In this document: in pieces, positions 6,405 through 15,428 of the stretch
Position numbering within the stretch: the stretch's first letter is position 1
How the letters are laid out: every line of letters starts with the position of its first letter
Origin: Candidatus Dojkabacteria bacterium
Lineage (GTDB): Bacteria > Patescibacteriota > Dojkabacteria > J137
NCBI GenBank assembly: GCA_039929105.1
Contig: JBDSRX010000076.1
Coordinates: 1-49,557, forward strand
Length of the DNA stretch: 49,557 nt
Direction of reading: 5' to 3'
Translations under genes and position numbers: made by a program
Notes under the pieces: generated by a model
What the model was told of the DNA's origin: nothing
Seen by the model: the letters and a program-made list of their open reading frames with translations, nothing else
Databases searched by the model: none

Positions 6405-9380
6405 CTAATTAACTTGCTTAGTCGTCGTAGCAGACGTTATTTGTCCTCCTTTAGTATTTGCACCTGTAAAGTAGAATGTATAAGTTCCAGGGTTTGACGA
6501 AGCCCAAGCTCCTGGAGGAACTTCAAGAGCTCCACCTCCGTTAACACTCTGCCATATCTTAACTCCAGACAATCCAGGTGAAGGAGTTAACGTTGCTGCA
6601 CATGGATGAGCACATGCTGCAGCTGGTGCTACTGTTAGATTATAATTATTTGCAACTGGTCCTCCAACAATAACTGGTACATCTACATTCATTACTACTC
6701 CTGTTGTTTTTGCGTTAAACACATAGCTTCCATTATCTAATCCTAATGCTGAAATATCACAAGTAACATCAAAGTTTGCAAGACTTGCTACTGGTACAGC
6801 ACAACCCGGTATAACTTGTGTGCCTACTCTAAATTGGATTCCAGTTAAAGCTCCTGAGTCTGAATAAGCACTTCCCTTAATATTTACAGATCCACTAATT
6901 GTTGCTCCACTTGTAGGTGCTGCAATAAATACTCCTGTTCTGCTAGCATCACAATCTTTTGTAGGTGCTCCATTAATAGATCCTCGGTCTGAGAAGTATC
7001 TGTCTAATTGATTTTGTTCTGATGGATTAGGCATTATGTAATAGATGAAATCTTTCTCAATAGCTTTTCCTGAATCTTTATCGATTGCTCTTGCAAGTCT
7101 ATCTTGTTGATCTACACAAACTACTGCTTTAATATGTTTATTGTCTCTTGGTGGATTTCTATCCGAGATCATCAATCCAGAAGTTAGTCCTAAACATTCT
7201 CCTGCAGCGTTACAATCTCCACCAGCTTGGACAATATTTCCAGGTCTAGTAAATCCTGTTCGAGAAGAGAAGTAAGGAAAATCTCCAATAGCTCTTACAT
7301 AGTTTGAATACCAATCTCCAATTAAATAATAAGCGTATCCATAGTTTTGATCCATTGGGTCTTTAATATTATTTCCAACCCATGCTAGAGAAACCATATC
7401 TGGTGTAAATCCTACAAACCATGAGTCTTCGTTGTTGTTAGTTGTTCCTGTTTTTCCTGCCCATTCTCTTCCATCCCAAGATAAATTGTTTTGTGGTGGA
7501 ACTCCTTTTAGAGTTTGATTTAATATATAAATTGCTTGAGGGTCTCCTACAGATGTCCTATCTGGAGTACCTTCATAAATAGTTTTTCCATCTTTATCTT
7601 CAATTCTTAAAATTGGATTTAATTTTACTAAGTCTCCTCCGTTAGCGAAGATTCCATAAGCTTGAGCATGCTCAACTGGTTTAACAGAAACTCCTCCTAA
7701 GATAATAGACTGACCATAATTATCTGGATCTGTGTAAGTTGTATATCCAAAAGATTGTGCTGTTTCTACATATTTAGAAACTCCAATTAATTCAACTACT
7801 TGAATAGCTGGAATGTTTCTTGAGTCTGCTAAAGCTTGTCCAGCAGTGTAAGAAACTCCTTTGTAATTTCCATCCCAGTTCTTAATATCGTATCCAGTTC
7901 CTGCTGCATCCGAAATCTTTAATGGAAAGTCTGGTAATAAACTTCCAGGAAATAATTTACCTTCTTTAAATGCTTCGTAATATCCCATTGGTTTGTTTGA
8001 AGATCCTGGTTCTCTAAGTGATGTTAAAACATTTACTTCGGGGTCGAATTTACAACCTCTATCATCACAACCTGTACTTTCTCCAAAGTAATCTTTAGAT
8101 CCAGCCATAGCGATGATTTGTCCATTGTTTGGTGTTGTGGTTAATAAAGCTGCATTGTTTGCATTCCAGTAAGAATAATCATTTCCTCCGTGTGCTACTG
8201 CTTGTTCAGCAATTTTTTGAACATTGTAGTCTAATGAGGTATAAATTCTATATCCTCCAATTTGTAAGTCTCCTCTTGTAAATGGTTCTGTTCCATTCTT
8301 GTAGTTTCTATTTTGTAATTCTTGAATAACGTAGTCTACAAAGTGTCCAGCTAAAATATTTGTTGCAACTGGTGGTTTTAATGCAGCTCTCCAATCTTCT
8401 GCTTTTGCAGCATCGATCAATTCATCTGTTAAAGTTTGTTGCTTTCCATCATCTCCATAATATTTTGATAAGTTATTATTAAATTTATCTTTGTTAGATT
8501 TCAATTGTCCAAAAACATAATCCATTCTTTCTTGTAATCTATCTTGGGATGCTTTTGTATCTTGATCGTAAGGGACAGTAGGGGATAGATAAGATGGATT
8601 TTGGATTATAGAAGCCAGTACAACTGCTTCATCTAAAGATAAATCTTTAGGTTGTTTTCTAAAATAGAAATTTGCCGCAGCTTTTGCTCCGACAATAGAA
8701 GAACCATAGGATGTAGCTCTTAAATACATTAATAAAATTTGTTCTTTTGGATAACTTTGTTCAACTTTAGATGCTAATAAAAGCTCTTCAATTTTTTGTT
8801 GAATTTTGTTTGTTGTTTGATCTTTTCTAATTTCAGTTGTTAATTTGACTAACTGTTGTGTAATAGTTGATGCTCCACATTGTGCTCCAGTTCCTCTAAA
8901 GTTATTAAATCCACATCTTAAAATAGCTCCTGTATCAAATCCTCCGTGTTCAAAAAAGTTTGAGTCTTCAGCAGCTAAGAATGCTAATTTAACTGTATCG
9001 GGAACTTCTGTAATGGAGAAATTATCTGCGTTGTATTCGGAGAACATTCTATAAAGTCTTGTTCCACCTTCACCACCATCTAATGCAAGTCTATCGTAAA
9101 TCTCTGAAGCAACTGGTAAGTCTTGGAAAACTGTTTCTGGGTTTGGAAGCTTTTCGTTAAGCCCTTGTACCCATGCCATTACTCTTAATCCAACTAGTAA
9201 TAAAATAATTCCAAAAACTCCAGCTCCTATTAATAGGATCTTTTTCATTTTTTTGGAAAGTTTAATTCTTCGGGGTCTAAAACCTTTTAATAATGTTCTA
9301 CCTTTGTTTTCTCTAATAATGTCTAATCTTGATTTACCTAGTTTTGTATTCCTAGCTTTGGAGAGATATACTTTTTTCAT
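6405..9380 (-). CDS. class A penicillin-binding protein (GT51 transglycosylase plus transpeptidase) with a long C-terminal Ig-like extension
   Basis: EDSNFFEHGGFD and GASTITQQLVK (GT51). SSNKP (SxxK), SRN (SxN) and KTGTT (KTG). N-terminal TM segment ILLIGAGVFGIILLLVGL. About 345 aa follow KTG. Confidence 0.9.
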   Translation of the reverse strand: MKKVYLSKARNTKLGKSRLDIIRENKGRTLLKGFRPRRIKLSKKMKKILLIGAGVFGIILLLVGLRVMAWVQGLNEKLPNPETVFQDLPVASEIYDRLALDGGEGGTRLYRMFSEYNADNFSITEVPDTVKLAFLAAEDSNFFEHGGFDTGAILRCGFNNFRGTGAQCGASTITQQLVKLTTEIRKDQTTNKIQQKIEELLLASKVEQSYPKEQILLMYLRATSYGSSIVGAKAAANFYFRKQPKDLSLDEAVVLASIIQNPSYLSPTVPYDQDTKASQDRLQERMDYVFGQLKSNKDKFNNNLSKYYGDDGKQQTLTDELIDAAKAEDWRAALKPPVATNILAGHFVDYVIQELQNRNYKNGTEPFTRGDLQIGGYRIYTSLDYNVQKIAEQAVAHGGNDYSYWNANNAALLTTTPNNGQIIAMAGSKDYFGESTGCDDRGCKFDPEVNVLTSLREPGSSNKPMGYYEAFKEGKLFPGSLLPDFPLKISDAAGTGYDIKNWDGNYKGVSYTAGQALADSRNIPAIQVVELIGVSKYVETAQSFGYTTYTDPDNYGQSIILGGVSVKPVEHAQAYGIFANGGDLVKLNPILRIEDKDGKTIYEGTPDRTSVGDPQAIYILNQTLKGVPPQNNLSWDGREWAGKTGTTNNNEDSWFVGFTPDMVSLAWVGNNIKDPMDQNYGYAYYLIGDWYSNYVRAIGDFPYFSSRTGFTRPGNIVQAGGDCNAAGECLGLTSGLMISDRNPPRDNKHIKAVVCVDQQDRLARAIDKDSGKAIEKDFIYYIMPNPSEQNQLDRYFSDRGSINGAPTKDCDASRTGVFIAAPTSGATISGSVNIKGSAYSDSGALTGIQFRVGTQVIPGCAVPVASLANFDVTCDISALGLDNGSYVFNAKTTGVVMNVDVPVIVGGPVANNYNLTVAPAAACAHPCAATLTPSPGLSGVKIWQSVNGGGALEVPPGAWASSNPGTYTFYFTGANTKGGQITSATTTKQVN

Positions 9381-9489
9381 TTGACTGTTTTAATTAACTG
9401 TTAAGCTTAATGCATAATATTTCTTTCTGCATTAATATAGTGACATTTAGTGTACACTTTTTCTTTATTATACTCGTTTATTATTGTAT

Positions 9490-9513
9490 TTTGCGTTCTT
9501 TAGAACGCAAAAT
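9490..9513. promoter_or_regulatory. perfect 11-bp-arm palindrome TTTTGCGTTCT-TT-AGAACGCAAAA about 110 bp upstream of the PBP start
   Basis: Read directly. The loop is too short for a good RNA hairpin, so a DNA-binding site is more likely. Confidence 0.3.
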
Positions 9514-9670
9514 TAATAGGCTGTGTTAACAGCGACCAATACAACAATAAAAAAACGGCGAACAGCTTTAGCTGGACGACTTTTTTTTATTATAGATGGA
9601 TTTACCGAAAAATGAAATAGAGTATCGAAAAAAAAGGGATATTCGGTTATAATTACATGCTTAATTAATA

Positions 9671-9690
9671 AATGGAGAGTTGGCAGAGTG
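9671..9690 (+). pseudogene. orphan 5' fragment of the tRNA-Ser gene (20-nt exact duplicate, no 3' half)
   Basis: AATGGAGAGTTGGCAGAGTG is identical to 9804-9823. No matching ACTCTCC acceptor 3' strand follows. Confidence 0.5.
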
Positions 9691-9806
9691 CTCAAGAGAT
9701 TCTTAGTGAGAACAAGCATAGCGTAGTTCGAACTTAGAAGTTCTTAGTCCCGATTCATCGGGAGTCTAAGGGGTATAGCTGAATTAACAAACCAAATTTG
9801 ATTAAT

Positions 9807-9891
9807 GGAGAGTTGGCAGAGTGGTCTAACGCGTCCGTCTTGAAAACGGATGTCTCGCAAGGGACCGGGGGTTCGAATCCCTCACTCTCCG
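9807..9891 (+). tRNA. tRNA-Ser (anticodon UGA), class II with long variable arm, CCA not encoded
   Basis: Acceptor GGAGAGT/ACTCTCC, anticodon arm TCCGT-CTTGAAA-ACGGA, variable arm TGTCTCGCAAGGGACC, T arm GGGGG-TTCGAAT-CCCTC, discriminator G. Confidence 0.9.
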
Positions 9892-9952
9892 TTTTATTGA
9901 TAAATTTCCCCTTCACTCATATAATAAGAATATAACTTCTTACAAATTCTGT

Positions 9953-10336
9953 ATGAAAATAACTCATTTAAACCCAGATACAATGTACAAAAATCCAGCA
10001 TTCTCGCAAGCTGTTGTAGTTGATGAAGCTTCTAAAATGATCTATATTGGTGGTCAGAATGGTGTGACAACAGATGGAAAAATGTTGGAAGGAATAGAGG
10101 CACAATCTGAACAAGCTCTTAAGAATGTTATAGCTGCTTTAGAAGCAGCAGATGCAAAGCAAGAAAATGTTGTTAAACTTACAATCTATATAGTTCAAGG
10201 TAACGATTTAAAAGCAGCATTTGCTGCATCTCAAAAAATTTGGGGAAAGCATGCAACTGCTATAGTAGGTCTATTCGTTGCTGGCCTTGGTAATCCGGAA
10301 GCATTAATAGAAATAGATGCAATTGCAGCAGTATAA
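9953..10336 (+). CDS. RidA/YjgF/UK114-family protein
   Basis: FSQAVVV...IYIGGQ...QSEQALKNVIAALEAA...VVKLTIYI...IEIDAIA pattern. Confidence 0.8.
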   Translation: MKITHLNPDTMYKNPAFSQAVVVDEASKMIYIGGQNGVTTDGKMLEGIEAQSEQALKNVIAALEAADAKQENVVKLTIYIVQGNDLKAAFAASQKIWGKHATAIVGLFVAGLGNPEALIEIDAIAAV

Positions 10337-10352
10337 TTTTTATAAAGTCTTT

Positions 10353-10733
10353 ATGAGAGGAACGTCAAAGGAGTATGCATCTATTGATGAATACATAAGC
10401 AACTACCCAGAACCTGTACAGAAAAAACTTAAAGAGTTTAGAAAAGTAATTCACGATTTAGTTCCAGATGCAATTGAGGCAATGAAGTATGGAATGCCAA
10501 CATTTAGATTAAACGATGCTAACTTAGTTCACTTTGCTGCATACGATAACCATATTGGATTTTACCCAACACCAAGTGGAGTTTTGTTTTTCGAAAAAAA
10601 ATCTAAAGATTACGATACTTCTAAAGGAGCTATAAAATTTCTAATCAATGATCCAATTCCATGGGATTTAGTAAAGAAAGTTATAGAATTTAGAGTAGAA
10701 GAGAATACTAGGAAGCATTTAGATAGAATTTAA
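10353..10733 (+). CDS. DUF1801 (YdhG-like) domain protein
   Basis: SIDEYISNYPEPVQKKLKEFRKVI...MKYGMPTF...HFAAYDNHIGFYP pattern. Start moved to ATG 10353, downstream of the ridA-like stop. Confidence 0.7.
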   Translation: MRGTSKEYASIDEYISNYPEPVQKKLKEFRKVIHDLVPDAIEAMKYGMPTFRLNDANLVHFAAYDNHIGFYPTPSGVLFFEKKSKDYDTSKGAIKFLINDPIPWDLVKKVIEFRVEENTRKHLDRI

Positions 10734-13402
10734 CCTTCCTTTGTCAGAAATTTCATCTTAGCGTGATCAATAATTACAATCTCCCATAAATTTACATATA
10801 TTATTATTAGCCACGCTTCAAAAGGTAAAGGAACTAATTGAAGCATTGAGCTAATCGGTTGGAAATAGACGGCTCCCAACATCATAATAAGGCCTATTAC
10901 AATTGCAACAGTTAACCATTTATTAGAGAAGATATCCCACCTAAAAATACTTTTTCCGAAAGATCGAAGGGATAGCGACAAAAACAAAGATTCAAAACAT
11001 AAAATCATAGTCATCATTGTTCTTATTATTTCAGTATTATCTACCAAACGAAGTAAAAGTAAATAAGAGATTGATGCTATTCCCCCACTTGCTAAGAAAG
11101 ATACCGAAATCCATTTAAGAACATTTCCATTTATTATCCCTTTAGACCCCCTTGGTTTAGTATCCATAACACCATCTCTCTCGTTTTCTATAGTTAATGC
11201 GAGATCCGGCAATCCACTTTCTAGTAAGTTTACAAATAGAAGTTGAGAAGCAATTAATGGCAATGGTAAGTTAAGTGCAATAGACACAAAGAATAAACAG
11301 AATTGAGAGAAGTCTTGCGTAGTTAAATAGAGAAAAACTCTTCGAATATTATTGAATATAATTCTTCCTTCTTCGATTGCTTTAACGATTGTAGAAAAAC
11401 TACTATCTAAAAGTAATATATCTGCAACTTCTCTTGTTGCATCAACTTCTTTGCTTACTGCAACTCCAATATCTGCAACCTTTAGAGCTGGCGCATCATT
11501 TACCCCATCTCCAAACATCGCCACCACTTCTCCAAGTGCCTGAAAAGCTTGGATAATTCTTAACTTATGCCTGGATGTAGCTCTTGCATAAAGCAGCACT
11601 GTTCGAACTTTCTTTTGCAACTGGGCATCCGTCAATTGATCCAAATCTCCCCCTTCTAAAACCATATCTTCAGTTATTCTAAATCCAATTTTTTCTGCTA
11701 CTCTTATTGCAGTAAATTTATTATCTCCTGTGATAATTACTGTTCTAATTCCAGCTCTTTGTGTTTCTTTAAATGCGGCAACTACTTCTTTTCTAATTGG
11801 ATCATTTAAAACTATAAATCCTATAAGAGTAAGATTTTTAAGTTTTCCTTCATCTAGCATTGTATCTTTGTAAGTATATTCTGTAGAGGCACAAGCAATT
11901 AACCTGTAACCATTCTTCATTAATTCTTCAGCTTTTAAAATAAAATCTTTAGCTTCCTTACTACCTATACTTACATGACCACTTCCAGAAGAAATAAAAT
12001 CTGATAATGCCAAAATCTTTTCTGTAGCACCAATTACATAAAGTGTAGTTTCTTTCTTTGAATTCTGTCTCAGTGAAGCAGAGTACTTTCGCTCAGATGA
12101 GAATAAGATACTATCAATTACTTTATTTTCTTTCTCTAAAATATTTTTATGTATTCCAAAAATTTCTGCTGCTTTTAAAAATGCTTGATCTGTGGATCTT
12201 CCACGGATGACAAGTTTATTTATAGATGCTCCTGGATTCTCTATGTATGCATCTGTTGTAAATGCTGCTGCCTTAAGAACTTGTTGTGCCAATTCTATAT
12301 TTTTCGTATCGGTTATAAGAGTATCTCCTTTTAAAGTGTTAATCTGAACAACCTCCATCTTTCCTTTTGTTAGCGTTCCAGTTTTATCTGTGCAAATTAC
12401 TGTTACTCCTCCGAGTGTTTCTGTTGCTGCAAGTCTTCGAACCAATCCTTTATGTTTTGCAATTCTATACATTCCAATTGATAGTACAATTGTAATTGCT
12501 GGCAAAAGCCCTTCTGGTATTGCCGAAACGAATAGAGCAAGAGCAGTTGCAAAGACTTCGTTCATTGGTCTTCCAGCTAAATAACCCTCCACAACTATTA
12601 AAACTATAACTACAGTAACAACAACTCCTATTACTTTGGATAATCCCGCTATCATTTTCTGAAGTGGAGTAGCTTCTTCGGGTGTCTTTTCTAAAAGCTC
12701 AACAATATCTCCGTACTGAGTATTTATTCCTGTAGTTGTTACAATCATTGTTCCAGACCCTTCTTCTACAATACTCCCCATAAATACTAGAGATTTTCTA
12801 TCTCCAAGTTCAAAGTCTTCGTTTACAGGTTCTATTTGTTTTTCTATTAACCTAGATTCTCCAGTAAGACTAGCTTCATTTAGTTTAAGTTCATCGAGTT
12901 CTATTATTCTTCCATCTGCAGGGACTTTATCTCCTGGACGTAAGACCACGATATCTCCAGGAACAAGTTGTGAAGTATTTATTTCTAAATCAATTCCGTT
13001 TCTTTTTACACGGGTATTAGTTACAACAACTCCAAGTTTCTCTACAGATTTATTTGCTTTGTATTCTTGATAAAACCCTACAATTGCATTGCTAGAAAGA
13101 ACTACTACGATGAATATTGTATCTGTTGTATTTCCAAGAAGTAGAGAAACAAATGCTGCAAGCATCATTAAATACATTAATGGACTATTAAACTGCGAAA
13201 GGAATAGTTTCCATGCTGGTTCTGCAGATTCTTTTGGAAGCTCGTTTAAACCATATATTTTAATACGTTTTTTGTGCTCTTCGTCGGTAAGTCCATCTTT
13301 GTTACTTTCTAAAATTTTGAAAGTTTCGTCTACACTTAGTGCATGCCAGAAGTATTTTCCATCCTCCATAATCTCTTTTCTAAAAACAATGTTTAGGGTC
13401 AT
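10730..13402 (-). CDS. P-type (P2, Ca2+/cation-transporting) ATPase
   Basis: CTDKTGTLT phosphorylation motif, TGES, AIPEGLLP, ITGDN, GDGVNDAPALKVADIGVA, and the N-terminal LTDEEHKKRIKIYGLNELP cation-ATPase-N pattern. Confidence 0.93.
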   Translation of the reverse strand: MTLNIVFRKEIMEDGKYFWHALSVDETFKILESNKDGLTDEEHKKRIKIYGLNELPKESAEPAWKLFLSQFNSPLMYLMMLAAFVSLLLGNTTDTIFIVVVLSSNAIVGFYQEYKANKSVEKLGVVVTNTRVKRNGIDLEINTSQLVPGDIVVLRPGDKVPADGRIIELDELKLNEASLTGESRLIEKQIEPVNEDFELGDRKSLVFMGSIVEEGSGTMIVTTTGINTQYGDIVELLEKTPEEATPLQKMIAGLSKVIGVVVTVVIVLIVVEGYLAGRPMNEVFATALALFVSAIPEGLLPAITIVLSIGMYRIAKHKGLVRRLAATETLGGVTVICTDKTGTLTKGKMEVVQINTLKGDTLITDTKNIELAQQVLKAAAFTTDAYIENPGASINKLVIRGRSTDQAFLKAAEIFGIHKNILEKENKVIDSILFSSERKYSASLRQNSKKETTLYVIGATEKILALSDFISSGSGHVSIGSKEAKDFILKAEELMKNGYRLIACASTEYTYKDTMLDEGKLKNLTLIGFIVLNDPIRKEVVAAFKETQRAGIRTVIITGDNKFTAIRVAEKIGFRITEDMVLEGGDLDQLTDAQLQKKVRTVLLYARATSRHKLRIIQAFQALGEVVAMFGDGVNDAPALKVADIGVAVSKEVDATREVADILLLDSSFSTIVKAIEEGRIIFNNIRRVFLYLTTQDFSQFCLFFVSIALNLPLPLIASQLLFVNLLESGLPDLALTIENERDGVMDTKPRGSKGIINGNVLKWISVSFLASGGIASISYLLLLRLVDNTEIIRTMMTMILCFESLFLSLSLRSFGKSIFRWDIFSNKWLTVAIVIGLIMMLGAVYFQPISSMLQLVPLPFEAWLIIIYVNLWEIVIIDHAKMKFLTKEG

Positions 13403-13485
13403 TATACAAGAATGAGTTTATGAGTCTAGTAAATTATCCGATAGAATTAATGTTTTGTAATAGGTTAGGTATAGTTGTACACTCG

Positions 13486-13517
13486 TACAAATTAATTTCC
13501 CTTGAATACAAATTAAT
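13486..13517. promoter_or_regulatory. direct repeat TACAAATTAAT x2 with 21-bp periodicity in the divergent ATPase/13565 promoter region
   Basis: Exact 11-mers at 13486-13496 and 13507-13517. Adjacent inverted repeat TTGTAC-N4-GTACAA at 13475-13490. Confidence 0.25.
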
Positions 13518-13564
13518 AGATCTCAATTTAGAGATTCCTTTTTTAATCTTTTATATAAATTTAA

Positions 13565-13951
13565 ATGAGCCAAAACTTATTAATAAAAGCAGGTAATTTT
13601 CAAAACACCTCACTACCAAGACACTTAGATGAAAAGAATGCTCAAAAACTGAATGATGTATTTGCAGCTTTAAACCAAATTATTATTCAAAGGAAAGTTG
13701 TAGTAGATAATAAAATTGTATTAAACGAGCAGCAATATACCCAATTACAATGTGCTTTTGTAGAAACTTATTGTCTATTTCTAACTCACTTTAAAGGTAG
13801 AATTAATTTTGAAGTCGTTACATTATTTTTAAACCCATTAAGACAAATTCTTCAAGAATCTAATTATTATGGTGAAGATGAAGAAGTACTTTGTGGAATT
13901 TTTGAAGCAATAGACGAGAAGTATCCGCAATTTAAAGTGGTTGAAGGATAA
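13565..13951 (+). CDS. hypothetical protein
   Basis: Long open frame in AT-rich DNA. No motif recognised. Confidence 0.5.
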   Translation: MSQNLLIKAGNFQNTSLPRHLDEKNAQKLNDVFAALNQIIIQRKVVVDNKIVLNEQQYTQLQCAFVETYCLFLTHFKGRINFEVVTLFLNPLRQILQESNYYGEDEEVLCGIFEAIDEKYPQFKVVEG

Positions 13952-13954
13952 CGT

Positions 13955-14455
13955 TTAAGCTTCGATAAAACTAAAGAACCTCTCATCGGTTTCTGTAATA
14001 TTTTCAAATCTTCCATCTTTATATGGAGGAGTGCAAATCTCCATAAATACTAACGTACTATTAGGATTAGCACGCCATTGGATTACATCTCCAATTTCTA
14101 CTAATGCAGAAAAACTAGTTGACTGAGCTTTTAATCCAAGTTCAGTTTGAACATATTGATTTCCTGTAAATTCATAAATATTAGTTCCCCCATTTGCCTT
14201 TCTTACATATAGACATCCATTTCCAACAATTGAACTTTCAACTGTTAAATCTCCTTCTTTAACTAACTGCAACGGAGTAGAACAACCAGGCATTATGTTT
14301 ACAACTGCCAGATCTTTAGTTTTGTCTCTTTTAATTTTATATTCTGTGCAATCCACCCCTGGGCATACTTGGTAGGACTTTACCTTTTTAATTCCGTATT
14401 TATCTCCATTAAAAGATAGGCAGTTGTCTTGTATGTTTAGTTTATTTAAATTCAT
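13955..14455 (-). CDS. hypothetical protein, possibly cupin-like beta-barrel
   Basis: Beta-rich sequence with a GD..V...G......E C-terminal pattern. The assignment is weak. Confidence 0.45.
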   Translation of the reverse strand: MNLNKLNIQDNCLSFNGDKYGIKKVKSYQVCPGVDCTEYKIKRDKTKDLAVVNIMPGCSTPLQLVKEGDLTVESSIVGNGCLYVRKANGGTNIYEFTGNQYVQTELGLKAQSTSFSALVEIGDVIQWRANPNSTLVFMEICTPPYKDGRFENITETDERFFSFIEA

Positions 14456-14535
14456 AGTGCGGAATTATAGCAGAAGCATGTAATTGAATAAAAAAACATA
14501 TGGATTTATAATTCTGTATTAATAAGTACACACTA

Positions 14536-15087
14536 ATGAAATACCAAATCTCAAAATTTTACCCTAAGTTAAGACAGATTTTATTGTATTTATTTCTAAT
14601 CGCTTATCTTTATTTCCTAGTACACATACTATTATTCAAGAATGTTGCAATTACAGATGTTTTTAGTGTAAGTAGAATAATTGATAGACCTTTAGAATTA
14701 ATTCCTTTCAAATCGAGTTTGGATATCCTTACTAATGGTAGAGGATTTGCCATGATTGAACTTCTTGGAAATATTATTTTCTTTGTTCCTTTGGGAATAT
14801 ATTTAAAAATGTTTAAAGTAAAAGAAACTTTATTAAAATATGCTTATCTAATATTTGCAATAAGTCTATCTGTGGAAGTTATTCAGTTTACTTTTGGACT
14901 TGGAGTAGCAGATATTGATGACGTTATTTTAAATACAATTGGAGGAGTTTTAGGTGTATTTATTTTTATGCAGTTAGAATCTAAATTGAAAAGTGAAAGT
15001 AAGAGTAAAACTGTAATTCTGATTGGCTGGTTAGTGATTGCTGTATTAGTTCTTTATGTATCTAGTAGATTTATAATTAGACTATAG
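14536..15087 (+). CDS. VanZ-like family membrane protein
   Basis: Four hydrophobic segments and the GVADIDDVILNTIGGVLG motif typical of VanZ-like proteins. Confidence 0.7.
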   Translation: MKYQISKFYPKLRQILLYLFLIAYLYFLVHILLFKNVAITDVFSVSRIIDRPLELIPFKSSLDILTNGRGFAMIELLGNIIFFVPLGIYLKMFKVKETLLKYAYLIFAISLSVEVIQFTFGLGVADIDDVILNTIGGVLGVFIFMQLESKLKSESKSKTVILIGWLVIAVLVLYVSSRFIIRL

Positions 15088-15097
15088 GTTTCTCTGT

Positions 15098-15366
15098 GTC
15101 ATTTCGAGTGCCGCCAGACGGAGTCTGAAGGCATCGAGAAATCTGGTATAGACTACGAACCCACTTCCATACCTACTTTGTGTCATTCCGAGTGAGCGCA
15201 GCGAATCGAGGAATCTACTAACCACTAAGTTCTAAGTAAGGATCTCAGTTATGTGGTTACCAGATCCCTCGTAAACTCGGGATGACACAAATAAAGTAAG
15301 AACTTAACTCAAACTTGTGTCATTTCGACCCTGAGCAGCGAAGCGTGTCAAAGGGGAGAAATCTGG
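15098..15366. repeat. cluster of 4 GTCAT-hairpin-ATC repeat units (15098, 15182, inverted unit ending 15286, 15319)
   Basis: GTCATTTCGAG...GAGAAATCTGG twice, and GTCATTCCGAG...CTCGGGATGAC forming a 105-bp inverted pair. Confidence 0.8.
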
Positions 15367-15428
15367 AATGCTGAACTTACAACAAATTTGCTATAATTGC
15401 ATATATTTAATTCCTGTTGATTACTAAT

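Noticed and set aside
9671-9800. Possible second class II tRNA (or intron-containing tRNA) starting GGAGAGTTGGCAGAGTG
   Set aside because: Only the first ~17 nt match a tRNA. There is no anticodon arm, no T arm with a proper stem (GTAGTTCGAACTTAG does not pair) and no ACTCTCC 3' acceptor strand before the intact tRNA-Ser. It is called a fragment instead.
10730-10733. Convergent 4-nt overlap of the DUF1801 gene stop and the P-type ATPase stop (TTAA), with no terminator between
   Set aside because: The overlap is real in the sequence, but it is a common compaction feature of small genomes and is not evidence of anything beyond tight packing.
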